The notes beneath the pieces were generated by a model. That model was not told the origin of the DNA. It ran no database searches and saw only the letters and a program-made list of their open reading frames with translations. From an uncultured Acidobacteriota bacterium (GTDB lineage: Bacteria > Acidobacteriota > Thermoanaerobaculia > UBA5066 > DATFVB01): a DNA stretch of 64,000 nucleotides. Of this stretch, positions 49,946-60,700 are shown in pieces. The translations under genes and the position numbers were made by a program. Position 1 is the stretch's first letter; the number at the start of each line of letters is the position of its first letter. Location: the NCBI GenBank assembly GCA_963813155.1, contig CAWEYG010000001.1:860347-924346 (forward strand), given 5' to 3'.

Positions 49946-52900
49946 ATGAAGGTGTTCAGATTTCTCGCCATCTGTCTGATGGCAGCCGTCTGCGCCGCGC
50001 CCCTGTTCGGACAGGGAGCTTCGGCGACGTACGGCAACATCTACGGGAAGGTCACCGACGAATCGGGCGGCGCGCTGCCCGGCGTCTCGGTGACGCTCTC
50101 CGGCGGAGGCGGCGCGAGAACCGCCACCTCGGGCGGCCAGGGGGAATTTCGATTCCTCAACCTCGCCCCCGGAAGCTACACCGTCAAGACGGAGCTCAAT
50201 GGTTTCTCGACCGTCGAGCGCACGAACGTGACGGTGAGCCTCGGTTCCAACACGGAGGTCGCGGTTCCGATGAAGATCGCCTCGGTGGCGACGACGATCA
50301 CGGTGTCTTCCGAGACGCCGCTGCTCGACACGCGCCGCGTGAGCACGGGCGCGGACTTCACGTCGGACCAGTTGAAGAGCATCCCGTCGGCGCGCGACCC
50401 CTGGGTCGTTCTCCAGCAGGTGCCTTCCGTCCAGGTCGACCGGGCCAACGTGGCGGGCAGCGAGAGCGGCCAGCAGTCGGTCTACATCGGCAAGGGCACC
50501 GACAACACGCAGAATTCCTGGCTCGTGGACGGCGTGAGCGTGACCGATATGTCGGCTCTCGGCTCGTCTTCGACGTACTACGACTTCGACGCGTTCCAGG
50601 AGATGCAGGCGACGACGGGCGGATCGGATCCTTCGATCTCGATCCCGGGCGTCACGCTCAACATGGTGACCAAGCGCGGCACCAACGAAGTGCACGGTTC
50701 GGCGCGTATCTTCGACACGCCGAACGAGACCGAAGCTCGTGCGAACAGCTCCGCCGTGGGGCCGTACAGCGCTTCTCTCGGGGGGCCGAGCACTCTCAGC
50801 GTCGGCAGCGGCAACCGAATCGACCACATCCAGGACTACGGCGTGGAAGCGGGCGGACCGATCTGGGCCGACAAGGCCTGGCTTTGGGGAAGCTACGGGC
50901 GCGATCAGGTCGACCTGATCAAGCTGTCCTCAGCGGCTCCCGACCAGACGACCCTCGAGAACTGGGCCGGCAAGCTGAATATCCAGCCGGTCGAGTCCAA
51001 CTCGGCGACCGCGTTCTACTTCCGCGGCGACAAGATCAAGAACGGCCGCACGGGCGTTCCCAACCGGGGCCAGGGCACGGCCTGGAACCAGACCGGGCCG
51101 ACCGTGATCTGGAAGGCCGACGACTCGCAGGTCCTTGGCCCCAACTTCGTGATCAACGCGGCGTACGACTATGTTCGCGGGGGATTCCATCTCGCGCCGC
51201 AGGCCGGCCTCGGCCCCAACATCATCCAGGACCCGAGCGAGGTGTTCCAGGGCACCTTCCTGGACTTTCGCACGTATCGCCCGCAGCACCAGGCGACAGC
51301 CAATGCGTCGTATTTCTTCAACACCGGGTCGATCGGACACGAGCTCAAGTTCGGGTTCGGCTATCGCCACATCATCGGCGGCTCGGCGACGACCTGGCCC
51401 GGCAATCAGGACATCAACTACCTGAACTACAACGGCAGCGGACAGTCGTACGTGAAGCTCTTCCGCAATCTCACGGTCAACGAGACGATGAGCTACACCG
51501 ACGCCTACATCGGCGACACGATGACGGCCAACAACCTGACTGTCAACGTCGGCCTCCGCTACGACGACCAGAAGGGCTTCAACGCTCCCTCGAGCGCTCC
51601 GGGCAACAACTCGGTGTGCGACCCGGGCCAGGCGTTCTCGCTCGCAAACCCGTGCCTCCCGGCGATCAACTATGCGGGAGCGGCGACGGAGATCCACTTC
51701 AAGGATTGGGAGCCCCGCGTCGGCGTGACCTATGCTCTCGGCTCTCAGAAGTCGACGCTGCTGCGCGCCTCTTACGCGAGGTTCGCGGATCAGCTCGGCT
51801 CGGGCTTTGTCGGGTCCGACAACCCCGTCGGTTACACGTACATGACCTATCCTTTCACCGACGCGAACCACAACGGGATCGCGGATCCGGGAGAGCTCGG
51901 GTCTGTCTACGCTTACGGCGGAATCAACCCGAGCAACCCGAACAGCCTCGTCTCACCGAACAAGATTGCCCCGAACCTGAAGGACACGAAGACCGACGAG
52001 TTCATGTTCGGAGTCGACCACCAGATCCTTCCCGAGCTCGTCGCGGGTCTGACTTACACGCACCGCCACCGCACGGATTTGACCGATTTCAAATACGATG
52101 GCGTTGACGCCTCCGATTTCGTCCTCGATCCGAGCCGAAGCGGCTTGAATGCCTACGACCAGCAGGGCAATCTGATCGGCAAGACCGGCAACTACTACGA
52201 TTTCATCGCGCCGGCGAGTTTCACCGGCGGGATCGTCCTCACCGACGTTCCCGGCTACGCGATCAACTACAACGGAGTCGAGCTGCAGATGACGAAGCGC
52301 CTTTCCAACCGATGGATGGCGCACGCTTCCGTTTCCTACACCGATTGGAGACAGAGCGTCAGCGGCGCGAACGGATGCCGTGCCCAGGTCAACGGCGGGC
52401 AGGCAACGTGGAAGGGTCCCACGAACGTCCTCACGCCATTCGGGCCGAGCTGCGCCGACGGTGGCCAGGCATGGCAGCAGTCGCTCGGTTCGGGCTCGAA
52501 GTCGGACGTTTACATCAGCTCGAAGTACCAGTTCAACGTCAGCGGCCTGTACCAGTTGCCGCTGAACTTCAACATCGCCGCGAACCTGTTCGGCCGCCAG
52601 GGCTACCTCGAGCCCTACTTCGCGACGGTCAGCGGCGGCGACGTCGGCGGGTCCCTCGGATCCCGCAAGGTCATCGTGGGCTCGAGCGACGACCACCGCT
52701 TGAAGAATCTCTACCAGCTCGATCTGCGGGTGGAAAAGGTTCTTCCGCTCTTTCAGAAGGCGGACATGACTCTCTCGGTCGACATGTTCAACGCGTTGAA
52801 CAGCGACACGATTCTCCAGCAGGCGGCGCAGTTGAGCACGACGGCGTGCGGCGCAGCCAACACGGCCGCCAGCTGCGGCGGAAAGGGAAATCGCGTCGAG

Positions 52901-52951
52901 GAACGCATGAGCCCCCGCGTGCTCCGCTTCGGAGCCCGCTTGAGCTTCTAG
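49946..52951 (+). CDS. TonB-dependent receptor, Oar-like, with carboxypeptidase-regulatory-like N-terminal domain
   Basis: AGGAG RBS; signal peptide; GKVTDESGGALPGV; NMVTKRGTN..HGS; ends LRFGARLSF. Confidence 0.92.
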   Translation: MKVFRFLAICLMAAVCAAPLFGQGASATYGNIYGKVTDESGGALPGVSVTLSGGGGARTATSGGQGEFRFLNLAPGSYTVKTELNGFSTVERTNVTVSLGSNTEVAVPMKIASVATTITVSSETPLLDTRRVSTGADFTSDQLKSIPSARDPWVVLQQVPSVQVDRANVAGSESGQQSVYIGKGTDNTQNSWLVDGVSVTDMSALGSSSTYYDFDAFQEMQATTGGSDPSISIPGVTLNMVTKRGTNEVHGSARIFDTPNETEARANSSAVGPYSASLGGPSTLSVGSGNRIDHIQDYGVEAGGPIWADKAWLWGSYGRDQVDLIKLSSAAPDQTTLENWAGKLNIQPVESNSATAFYFRGDKIKNGRTGVPNRGQGTAWNQTGPTVIWKADDSQVLGPNFVINAAYDYVRGGFHLAPQAGLGPNIIQDPSEVFQGTFLDFRTYRPQHQATANASYFFNTGSIGHELKFGFGYRHIIGGSATTWPGNQDINYLNYNGSGQSYVKLFRNLTVNETMSYTDAYIGDTMTANNLTVNVGLRYDDQKGFNAPSSAPGNNSVCDPGQAFSLANPCLPAINYAGAATEIHFKDWEPRVGVTYALGSQKSTLLRASYARFADQLGSGFVGSDNPVGYTYMTYPFTDANHNGIADPGELGSVYAYGGINPSNPNSLVSPNKIAPNLKDTKTDEFMFGVDHQILPELVAGLTYTHRHRTDLTDFKYDGVDASDFVLDPSRSGLNAYDQQGNLIGKTGNYYDFIAPASFTGGIVLTDVPGYAINYNGVELQMTKRLSNRWMAHASVSYTDWRQSVSGANGCRAQVNGGQATWKGPTNVLTPFGPSCADGGQAWQQSLGSGSKSDVYISSKYQFNVSGLYQLPLNFNIAANLFGRQGYLEPYFATVSGGDVGGSLGSRKVIVGSSDDHRLKNLYQLDLRVEKVLPLFQKADMTLSVDMFNALNSDTILQQAAQLSTTACGAANTAASCGGKGNRVEERMSPRVLRFGARLSF

Positions 52952-52981
52952 CCCGCAACGCAAACTCCGGGTTCCTTCCTC

Positions 52982-53019
52982 GCCCCGCCGGGAGCAATCC
53001 CGGCGGGGCCTCTCTTTTT
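52982..53019 (+). terminator. Rho-independent terminator
   Basis: GCCCCGCCGGGA-GCAA-TCCCGGCGGGGC then CTCTCTTTTT. Confidence 0.85.
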
Positions 53020-53032
53020 CCGGCCTTCCCGT

Positions 53033-53609
53033 TCAGGAACCCAGTCTCGACTCGATTCGCCGGTCCGGCACGAGCCACATGAGCGCGACGACGACGTACA
53101 GCGCGATCGAGATGCGGCGATCGACGAACGCCATCGGGACCGCGGCCGAGTAGGCGAAAACCGAAATCTTCCCCTTCCGGTCGTCCCCGACGGCCGCCTT
53201 CAGCTTCGAATCGGGCCCCTGCGAGGCGATGATCGCGCCCTGGAGAACCGTGTACGCGACCCCCGCCAGCAGGAGGACTCCGCCGTAGACCGCCGTCGGC
53301 ACCGGAGCGGCGCCGTTCTCCCCCATCCACGCGGTCGTGAACGGAACCAGGGAAAGCCAGAAGAGCAGGTGGACGTTCGCCCAGAGGATCTTCCCGTTGA
53401 CCCTTTCGACGGTGTGGAGCATGTGGTGGTGGTTGTTCCAGTAGATCGCGAGAAAAACGAAGCTCAGCACGTAGCTCAGGAAGACCGGCAGAAGTCGGCC
53501 GAAGGACGGCAACGTCGGCACCGCGCGGCACGCGGAGCTCCAGCACCATGATCGTGATGAGAATCGCGATCACCCCGTCGCTGAACGCTTCCAGGCGGCC
53601 GCGCGTCAT
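53033..53609 (-). CDS. TMEM175 (DUF1211) K+ channel (frameshift near 53495)
   Basis: RLEAFSDGVIAILITIMVLEL signature; SYVLSF..YWNNHHH..LFWLSLVPF in the next frame. Confidence 0.88.
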
Positions 53610-53689
53610 GCGGGGAGTCTACCCGCGATTTTCGGAAGTGCATTCGATTGGCTGCAGACTCCGCTCCTCTTGCGCGCTAGGCTTCAGCC

Positions 53690-54505
53690 ATGACGCGCGA
53701 AAAAGACTACATCCTGGGGACGCACGACGAAGAAATCGAACGGCTCGGGCTGCAGCACCGGGTCTGGCGACCCCGCGCGCTCGACGCCTGGCGCCGCGCC
53801 GGCGTCACGACGGGACACACGATCCTGGATGTCGGGTGCGGGCCCGGCTACGCCGCTTTCGACCTGGCGGAAATCGCGGGAGCCTCGGGCCGGGTCGTCG
53901 CAGTGGACCGCTCGCGCCGCTTCCTGGACTTTCTCGAAGCCGTCTGCCGGCAGCGCGGGATCCGCAACATCGAGAGCCATGAGATCGATCTCGACCGGGG
54001 CGCGCTTCCGCCCGGGTCAGTCGACGCCGCCTGGGCGCGGTGGGTCTTCGCGTTCGTTCGCGGGCCCCGGGCGCTCCTGGAACGGGTCGCCAGGTCGATC
54101 CGGCCCGGCGGCGTCTTCGTCGCTCACGAGTATTTCGAATACTCGACCTGGCGGCTTCTGCCCCGCTCTCCCGAGCTCGAGGAGCTCGTCCGCGTCGTCG
54201 AGGAGAGCTGGCGCGCGGACGGCGGCGAGCCGAACATCGGCCGCGAGCTCGCCGCCTGGCTCCCGGAGCTCGGGTTCCGCCTGCAGGAAATCCACACGAT
54301 CGTCGACGTGGTCCCGCCGTCGAGTTTCGTCTGGCAGTGGCCGAAAGCCTTCATCGCCGTCGGCCTCGCCCGGCTCGTGGAGCTCGGCCGCGTAACGGCG
54401 GCGCGAGCGGCCGAGATCTCGGCGGCCGTCACTTCCCGGGACGGCGATCCGAACGCGCGGCTCATCACGCCCGGCGTCCTCGAGATCATCGCGGTGAAGG
54501 AGTAG
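53690..54505 (+). CDS. Class I SAM-dependent methyltransferase
   Basis: YILG..EIERL..Q; ILDVGCGPG; VVAVD; IRPGG. Confidence 0.9.
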   Translation: MTREKDYILGTHDEEIERLGLQHRVWRPRALDAWRRAGVTTGHTILDVGCGPGYAAFDLAEIAGASGRVVAVDRSRRFLDFLEAVCRQRGIRNIESHEIDLDRGALPPGSVDAAWARWVFAFVRGPRALLERVARSIRPGGVFVAHEYFEYSTWRLLPRSPELEELVRVVEESWRADGGEPNIGRELAAWLPELGFRLQEIHTIVDVVPPSSFVWQWPKAFIAVGLARLVELGRVTAARAAEISAAVTSRDGDPNARLITPGVLEIIAVKE

Positions 54506-54572
54506 GCGATCGCATCCCGCGGATGAAACAGGCGCTCGAAAAGCTCGAGACGGCGTCCTGACGCCGCTTCCT

Positions 54573-54605
54573 CCAAACGAAGAGGCCGCCCCGAAGGGCG
54601 GCCTC
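54573..54605 (-). terminator. Terminator hairpin after the TonB receptor
   Basis: Minus strand GAGGCCGCCC-TTCG-GGGCGGCCTC then TTCGTTT. Confidence 0.75.
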
Positions 54606-54631
54606 GATGAATCTTCCGTTCGAAGTAGCGG

Positions 54632-57289
54632 TTAGAAGTCGACCCGGGAGTTGATGCCGATCGTCCGAGGCTGATTCGTCAGGAATCCGACGCGGGCGCG
54701 CAGTCCGCGCTCGCGGTCGAGCGCCAGGAACGCGCGTTCGTTCGTGAGGTTGTTGCAGTACAGAGCGATGTCCCAGATTCCGTGCCGAATGCCGAGACGC
54801 AGGTTGACGATGTCGTAGGCCGGCAGCAAGCGGGTTGAACGTGAACGTGCTCTGCGTCAGCGGGCCGCCGATCGTGTTCGCACCGAAAGAATTCAGGTCC
54901 AGGGTGCCCGATCCCCGGCTCCTGGTCGGCGAGCTGGGTATAGCGCGAGCCGATGTGCTGATACGTACCGGTCGCGTAGCCGGTGGACCGTTCCGATCGG
55001 CTGCTGGTAGGTCGCGGCGAAGGCCGCCTGGAACTTCGGCGCGCTCGGCAGGCGATTTCCCGAAACGATGCCGGTCGCTTCCGCGAGACCGGGCGAGCCG
55101 GCGATCGTGGACCGGACCTTCGCGTCGCTGTAGCCGGCCGAAAGCGAGAAGTCGAAGTTGTCGGTCGGAGCGAGAGAGAGCTCGAGCTCGCCGCCGACGC
55201 TGCGCGACTTCGGCACGTTGAAGATGAGACGGGACGAGCACGACCCGGCTGTCACCGTCACCTGGAGGTCCTTGACGTCGTCGTAGTAGACCGACGCGTT
55301 GAACGTGCCGCGGCCGCCCATGAACGTGGATTTCGAGCCGATCTCGTAGTTCCAGGCCGTCTCGTCTTTCCAGCTGTCGCGGCCGGAGAACGTCGCGAGG
55401 TCGTCCGCCGTGCAGAGGTTGACGTTGAGAGGATCATTGACGCCGCCGAGGCGGAATCCCCTCGAGGCCTGGGCGTTGATCGTCGTGTTGTCGCTGACCT
55501 TGTAGCTCGCGATGAAACGCGGCGCCCAGCCGTTGGCCTTGACGCTGCCCGGCTGGATCTGGGGAGTTCCGTCGGAGTTGGAGCCGAAGATGCCGTCGAA
55601 GATCTGTCCCTTGTCTTCCTTGTAGTGGTAGTAGCGCAGTCCCGCCGTGAAATTGAACTGGCTCGTCGCGGCGATCGTTCCTTCGCCGAAGATCGAGTAC
55701 TGCTTGTTCTTGTAGTTCAGGTCCGACCAGAAGAGGTTGTCCGTCGGAGCGAACTGGCCCTGCGTGGGAATTCCCGACGCGGCCGAGAATCCGTCGACGA
55801 GGAGGTGCTGGCCGTAGTGGCGGCGCGAATCGGAGTAGAAGCCGCCGACGACCCACTGAACGCGATCCTTCGCCGTGCCGCCCGAGAGCCGCAGTTCCTG
55901 CGTCCAGCCGTGGGCCGTGGTGAGATCGCTTAAGGGCGCGTTGAGCGTATACACGTCTTCCGGCAGGCCGACGCTTCCGCCCGTGATGCTGGAAGTCAGC
56001 GCTCCCGCGTCGCGCACGACGTCGATGTCCCGGCCGGTGAACGACGTGACCGACGTCAACAGCACCGAGCCGAGGTCCCACTTGAGGTCGAGATCTCCGA
56101 GCTGGAACTTGTCGGTATACGGCTCGCCGGTCTGCGTGAACTGCTGATCGCCTCCGAGCGTCACGGCCGGCCGAGTCGTCGTGTACGGGTTGGCCAGGAT
56201 GTTGAAAACGTCCGTGCGGTTCCACCCGTCCATGTCGACTTTCTGGTAGACGAACCGCGGAGTGATCGTCAGGCCCTCGATCGGATTGAGCGCGAGCGCC
56301 ACGCGGACGCCCTCGCGGTCGCCGGCGTTCACGTCCTTGTGGAGGCTGAATTTGCCCGGCGTTTCCGACCCGAACGGCTGCACGGAATCCGTCCAGCCAG
56401 CGAGACGGTTGTAGTAGCTCGTGACGCGCAGAGCGACGTTGTTGGAGAGCGGCGCGTTGAAGCCGACCTTGAAGTCTCCGCCCGTGCCGCCATTGTCGAC
56501 GCTGTTGCCGCCGATTTCCCCGAAAACGCTGCTCACCCCGAGCTGAGGCTGGTTCGTGATGTAGCGCACCGTGCCCCCGAGGGATCCGGAACCGAAGAGG
56601 GTTCCCTGGGGCCCCCGCAGGACCTCGACGCGATTCATGTCGAACAGGTCCATGTCCGGCGTGAACAGCGACAGGGAGATGACCGATTCATCCAGGTACG
56701 AGGCCACTTCCTCTTTCACGCCCGGCTGGTCGCGCGCGATCTGCCCGGAGGAGATCCCGCGGATGGACACCGTGCTCTGGCCCGGGCCGAGGTTCTGGAC
56801 GGAAAACCCCGCGACGTTCGCGGCCACGTCCTCGATGTTCTGGGCGCCGCGCTCGCGAAGGGTTTCTTCGCTCGGCGCCGCCACGGAAATCGGCGTGTTC
56901 TGAATCGTCTCGTCCCGCTTCATGGCGGAAACCGTGACCGCTTCGGAGAATTTCACCTGGAGGGCGATGTTCACCGTGTGCGTCGCACCGGCCTCCACTC
57001 GCTGATCCCTCACGACGACGCCGCGGAACCCCTGCACGTCGGCCGAAACCATATAGAGGCCGGGAGGCAGATCCGGCGTCTCGTAAGCGCCGCCCGCCAC
57101 CGAGGTGACGGTCTGCTTGGCGCCCGTGTCCTGATTCGTGACCGTGACCGCGGCTCCCGTGATCGCTTCGCCGTTGGCGACGCGGACGGTTCCGCCGATT
57201 TTTCCCATCCCCTGCGCGCCCGCGGGCGCGGCCGCGAGGCTCATGAGCGCGCCGCAGACCGCCAGGAGTGCTACCCGTGGCTGGAACAT
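54632..57289 (-). CDS. TonB-dependent receptor (frameshifts near 54985, 54900 and 54830)
   Basis: Signal peptide; RVEVLRGPQGTLFG plug motif; C-terminal NQPRTIGINSRVDF in a shifted frame. Confidence 0.9.
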
Positions 57290-57450
57290 TTCAGCCTCCT
57301 CTTTACAATCGTTTCCGGGAAATTTGGGATGGGGACCCGCCCCAATGGCCGCTTTTTACGCCGCCGGGAAGCGGATGTCAATAACAATTTCTTTACGCCA
57401 TTACTTCACACGCGCGGCAACTCCGCGCCTGGTTCTCCGTATCACTCTCC

Positions 57451-57642
57451 ATGAAGCTCCTTCTCTGGCTGCTGCTCCTTCTCCTGTGCTGGCCGGTCGC
57501 GCTGCTCGCGCTCGTGCTGTACCCGATCGTCTGGCTTTTGCTCCTGCCGTTCCGAATCGCCGGCCTCGCGGTCGAGGGCGTGCTCGCGTTCCTCCGGGCG
57601 CTCTTCTTTCTTCCATCCCGCTTGCTCGGCGGCCGGACGTAG
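57451..57642 (+). CDS. Small hydrophobic membrane protein
   Basis: 63 aa, Leu-rich: CWPVALLALVLYPIVWLLLLPFR. Confidence 0.7.
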   Translation: MKLLLWLLLLLLCWPVALLALVLYPIVWLLLLPFRIAGLAVEGVLAFLRALFFLPSRLLGGRT

Positions 57643-57661
57643 AATTCGTCCGGAGGCTCCC

Positions 57662-58129
57662 ATGCGCTCTCTCCGTTTCTTTTCCGCTGTCGCGGTTCTG
57701 CTCGCGTCCTCGGCCCTTTCGGGGCAGGGCTCTCCCGCTCCGGGAGACGACACGGACACCCTGAAAAAACTCGAGGTCGAATGGATCCGATCCGTCCGCG
57801 AACAGGACCCCCCCGCGCTGGACCGGCTCCTGGCCCCCGATTTCACGTTCACCGTCGCCGTCGCCGGCAAGCCCCTCTCGACGATCTCGCGCGACGCGTA
57901 CGTTCACCGCGCGAAGGGCTACGCGATTCGGGAGTCGCGGTTCGACGAAAGCCTGGTTCGCCTCTATGGCAACGTCGCCGTCGTCACGTCGCGCTATAGC
58001 CATAAAGCCACGCTCCATGGACGGGACCGGAGCGCGGAATTTCTCCTGACCGACACGTGGGTGAAGCTCGACGGGCAATGGCTCGCGGCCGCGCGAGTGT
58101 CTTCGCGGCCCGAGCACTCCTCTCCCTGA
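57662..58129 (+). CDS. Secreted NTF2-like DUF4440 protein
   Basis: Signal peptide; LDRLLAPDF; VRLYGNVAVV; TDTWVK.DGQW. Confidence 0.85.
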   Translation: MRSLRFFSAVAVLLASSALSGQGSPAPGDDTDTLKKLEVEWIRSVREQDPPALDRLLAPDFTFTVAVAGKPLSTISRDAYVHRAKGYAIRESRFDESLVRLYGNVAVVTSRYSHKATLHGRDRSAEFLLTDTWVKLDGQWLAAARVSSRPEHSSP

Positions 58130-58163
58130 CGGCGGTGGCGGGGGCCGCGGCCGCCCCGTCGAT

Positions 58164-59114
58164 TCACTGCACGGGGATCTTCGAGCCGTTCCGCTCGAGC
58201 CAGGTCCCGAAGCCCTGGAGGTCCGGGTCGAGCGAGCGCGAGAGCGCGACATCGCGGCTCCGGCAGAACTCGTCGTTGAAGAGCGCCTGGAACTGAAACA
58301 TGTTCCCGAGATCGTCGGCTCCGGGAAAACCCAGAGCGCGAAACGCGTCGAACGGCATGTCGTAGAAATCCACCTTCGATCCCAGCGCGCGCGAGAACCC
58401 CGCCGCCATCTCCGGACCCGAAAGGACCTCTCCCGCGATGCCGACTCGCCGCCCCAGCATTTCCATTCCGCGCCGGAACACGCCGTGCGCGCAACGCCCG
58501 ATGTCCTCCGCGGCAATGCCCGGGAGCCGTCCTCCCCCGAGCGGGAGGGCGAGAACGAGCGTTCCGTCCGGCCCCTTGCGGGGACCCATGCCGAATCCGA
58601 TGAAGTTTTCCCAGTAAAACGCCGCCAGCAGGTACGTCGTCGGCACGGAGAGCGCCGCGAAGACCGCGTCCGCCTCTCCCTTCGCGTCGAAATGGGGGAC
58701 CTTGTACTTCCCCTTGAGCGTCGGGAGCCGCGAGTCGGAGAGCGGAACCTGGAGACGCGTGTCCTCGAGCGTCGACCAGACGACGTGGGAAACGGCCGTC
58801 GCTTTGGCCGCGCGCGCCGCCGAGGATGTCTGCGCAAGCTCTCGTTCCGGGGAAGAATGCTCCCAGAAGCTCGTCACGCAGAAAACGCCGTGAGCGCCCT
58901 CGAAGGCCCGGCGAAGACTCCCTTCGTCGTCGAGATCGGCGGCGACGACTTCGACGCCGAGCCCGGCGAGGGCCTTCGCATTTTCCGAATCGGGCTTTCT
59001 CGTGATGGCGCGCGCGGCGAACGCTCCGGATCGATCGGCCGCGATCGACCGGACGAGTCCTCCGCCCTGCGCTCCCGTCGCCCCGATCACCGCAATGATT
59101 TTCTTGTTGCCCAT
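58164..59114 (-). CDS. NmrA/HSCARG-family NAD(P)-binding protein
   Basis: IAVIGATGAQGG; VTSFWEH; VPHFDAK; FYWENF. Confidence 0.92.
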   Translation of the reverse strand: MGNKKIIAVIGATGAQGGGLVRSIAADRSGAFAARAITRKPDSENAKALAGLGVEVVAADLDDEGSLRRAFEGAHGVFCVTSFWEHSSPERELAQTSSAARAAKATAVSHVVWSTLEDTRLQVPLSDSRLPTLKGKYKVPHFDAKGEADAVFAALSVPTTYLLAAFYWENFIGFGMGPRKGPDGTLVLALPLGGGRLPGIAAEDIGRCAHGVFRRGMEMLGRRVGIAGEVLSGPEMAAGFSRALGSKVDFYDMPFDAFRALGFPGADDLGNMFQFQALFNDEFCRSRDVALSRSLDPDLQGFGTWLERNGSKIPVQ

Positions 59115-59208
59115 CTCGAACCTCCCTTCGACGACTCTACTCTCCGTCGCGGCGAATTCGCCGAGGCTTACAATAGCGCGGCGGCTGGTAACCGGGAGTC
59201 CGGAACCT

Positions 59209-60693
59209 TCAGCGCCCGAGGACCTCCCGAAGGCGGCGGACTCCGTCGCGAATCTCGGGTACGCCCGTGCCTCCGAATCCGAGGACGAGACCCTGGCGCA
59301 GCGCCTTTCCGAAGTAGCAGGGCGAGAGGGGCATTGCCCAGAGTCCCCGCCGGGCAGCGCGCAACGACACGTCGAGGTCGGAGAAGCCCTTCGGAAGCGC
59401 CGCGACGAGATGCATTCCCGCCTCGGCTCCGTGGACGCTCAAGACGTCGCCGAGCTCTTTTTCGATCGCGTCGACGAGAGCGGCCCTCCGCTCGCCGTAG
59501 AGAGCCCGCATCCTTCGAAGATGGCGGGCGAAATGGCCCTCCCGGAGAAAATCGGTCAGGACGATCTGCAGGAAGGTCGGGGGAAAATCGTCCGTCGCGG
59601 CGCGAACCGCCGCGAAGCGCTCGACGAGATCCGCCGGAACGACGAGGTATCCGACGCGCAGCGCCGGAAAGAGAACCTTGCTGAACGTTCCGATGTAGAG
59701 GACGCGAGAATCGCGGTCGAGCCCCTGAAGCGAAGCGATCGGAAGATTCTCGTACCGGTACTCGCTGTCGTAATCGTCCTCGACGACCCAGGAGCCGTTC
59801 CGGTGAGCCCAGTCCAGAAGCTGCAATCGGCGCGACGCGCTCATCGTCATCCCCATCGGATACTGATGCGACGGAGTGACGTACGCGGCGCGCGCCCGCG
59901 GGCAGCGCTCGATTCCCGCGGCCACGTTCAAGCCCTCGCTGTCGACCGGCACCGCAGTGAGCTTCGCTCCCCGAAGACGCAGGACGTCCCGCGCTCCTCC
60001 GTATCCAGGCTGCTCCACCCAGACCGGGTTCCCCGCCTCCAGAAGCACTCGAGCCGTGAGCTCCAAAGCGTGCTGCGAGCCGCTCACGACCATCACCTGG
60101 TCCGCCTCGCATCGGACCGCCCGCGCCGTTCTCAGATACGCCGCGACCTCCTCCCGGAAAGGCCGGTATCCCATCGGATCGCCGTATTTCAGGATCCCCG
60201 GCCGCTTGTGCAGCGTTCGCCCGTGCCGGCCGACCAGTCTTGACCAGATGCCGAGCGGAAAGCGATCCACCGTTGGCTCGCTGACGCGAAACGCTCCCCA
60301 CCCCGCGAGCCAGGGATCCCTTTCCTTTGGGAGGAGAAAATCGGACTCGCGCGATACCGGCCGCCGGACGCGGTGCGGCTCCATGTCCGGCACGCTCGGG
60401 CGGTCCGGGCCGTCGGCCCTGCCCGGAACGTCTTTCGCGACGAATGTCCCGGAGCCGACCCCGCTTTCGAAATATCCCTCGGCGACGAGCTGCTCGAACG
60501 CATTGAGGATCGGAAGACGCGAGATCCTCAACTCGGCCGAGAGCGTTCGGGTCGAAGGGATGCGCTGGCCCGCCCGCAGCCGTCGCTCGAGAATCGCGTC
60601 GCGAAAACCCTCGTAGAGCTGCCGGTAGAGGGGCATCGGAGACGCTCGATCGACGGCGACGACGGGGATCAGCGCGGGAGGCGTTCTCTTCAC
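59209..60693 (-). CDS. MocR/GabR-family PLP-dependent regulator (paralog of 47667-49172)
   Basis: PLYRQLY; TPSHQYPMG; EDDYDSEYRY; GTFSKVLFP; start GTG 60693 (alternative ATG 60702). Confidence 0.95.
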   Translation of the reverse strand: MKRTPPALIPVVAVDRASPMPLYRQLYEGFRDAILERRLRAGQRIPSTRTLSAELRISRLPILNAFEQLVAEGYFESGVGSGTFVAKDVPGRADGPDRPSVPDMEPHRVRRPVSRESDFLLPKERDPWLAGWGAFRVSEPTVDRFPLGIWSRLVGRHGRTLHKRPGILKYGDPMGYRPFREEVAAYLRTARAVRCEADQVMVVSGSQHALELTARVLLEAGNPVWVEQPGYGGARDVLRLRGAKLTAVPVDSEGLNVAAGIERCPRARAAYVTPSHQYPMGMTMSASRRLQLLDWAHRNGSWVVEDDYDSEYRYENLPIASLQGLDRDSRVLYIGTFSKVLFPALRVGYLVVPADLVERFAAVRAATDDFPPTFLQIVLTDFLREGHFARHLRRMRALYGERRAALVDAIEKELGDVLSVHGAEAGMHLVAALPKGFSDLDVSLRAARRGLWAMPLSPCYFGKALRQGLVLGFGGTGVPEIRDGVRRLREVLGR

Positions 60694-60700
60694 CGCGCCC

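Noticed and set aside
54523-54561. Tiny ORF MKQALEKLETAS after the methyltransferase
   Set aside because: It has 12 codons, no RBS and no other support; it may be a gene remnant.
5900-55000. About 15 frameshifts read as pseudogenes or programmed frameshifting
   Set aside because: They are scattered over unrelated, otherwise intact genes, often at short homopolymers, and some compensate each other (arsR, kinase 28729). Long-read indel error is the simplest explanation; read polishing would settle it.
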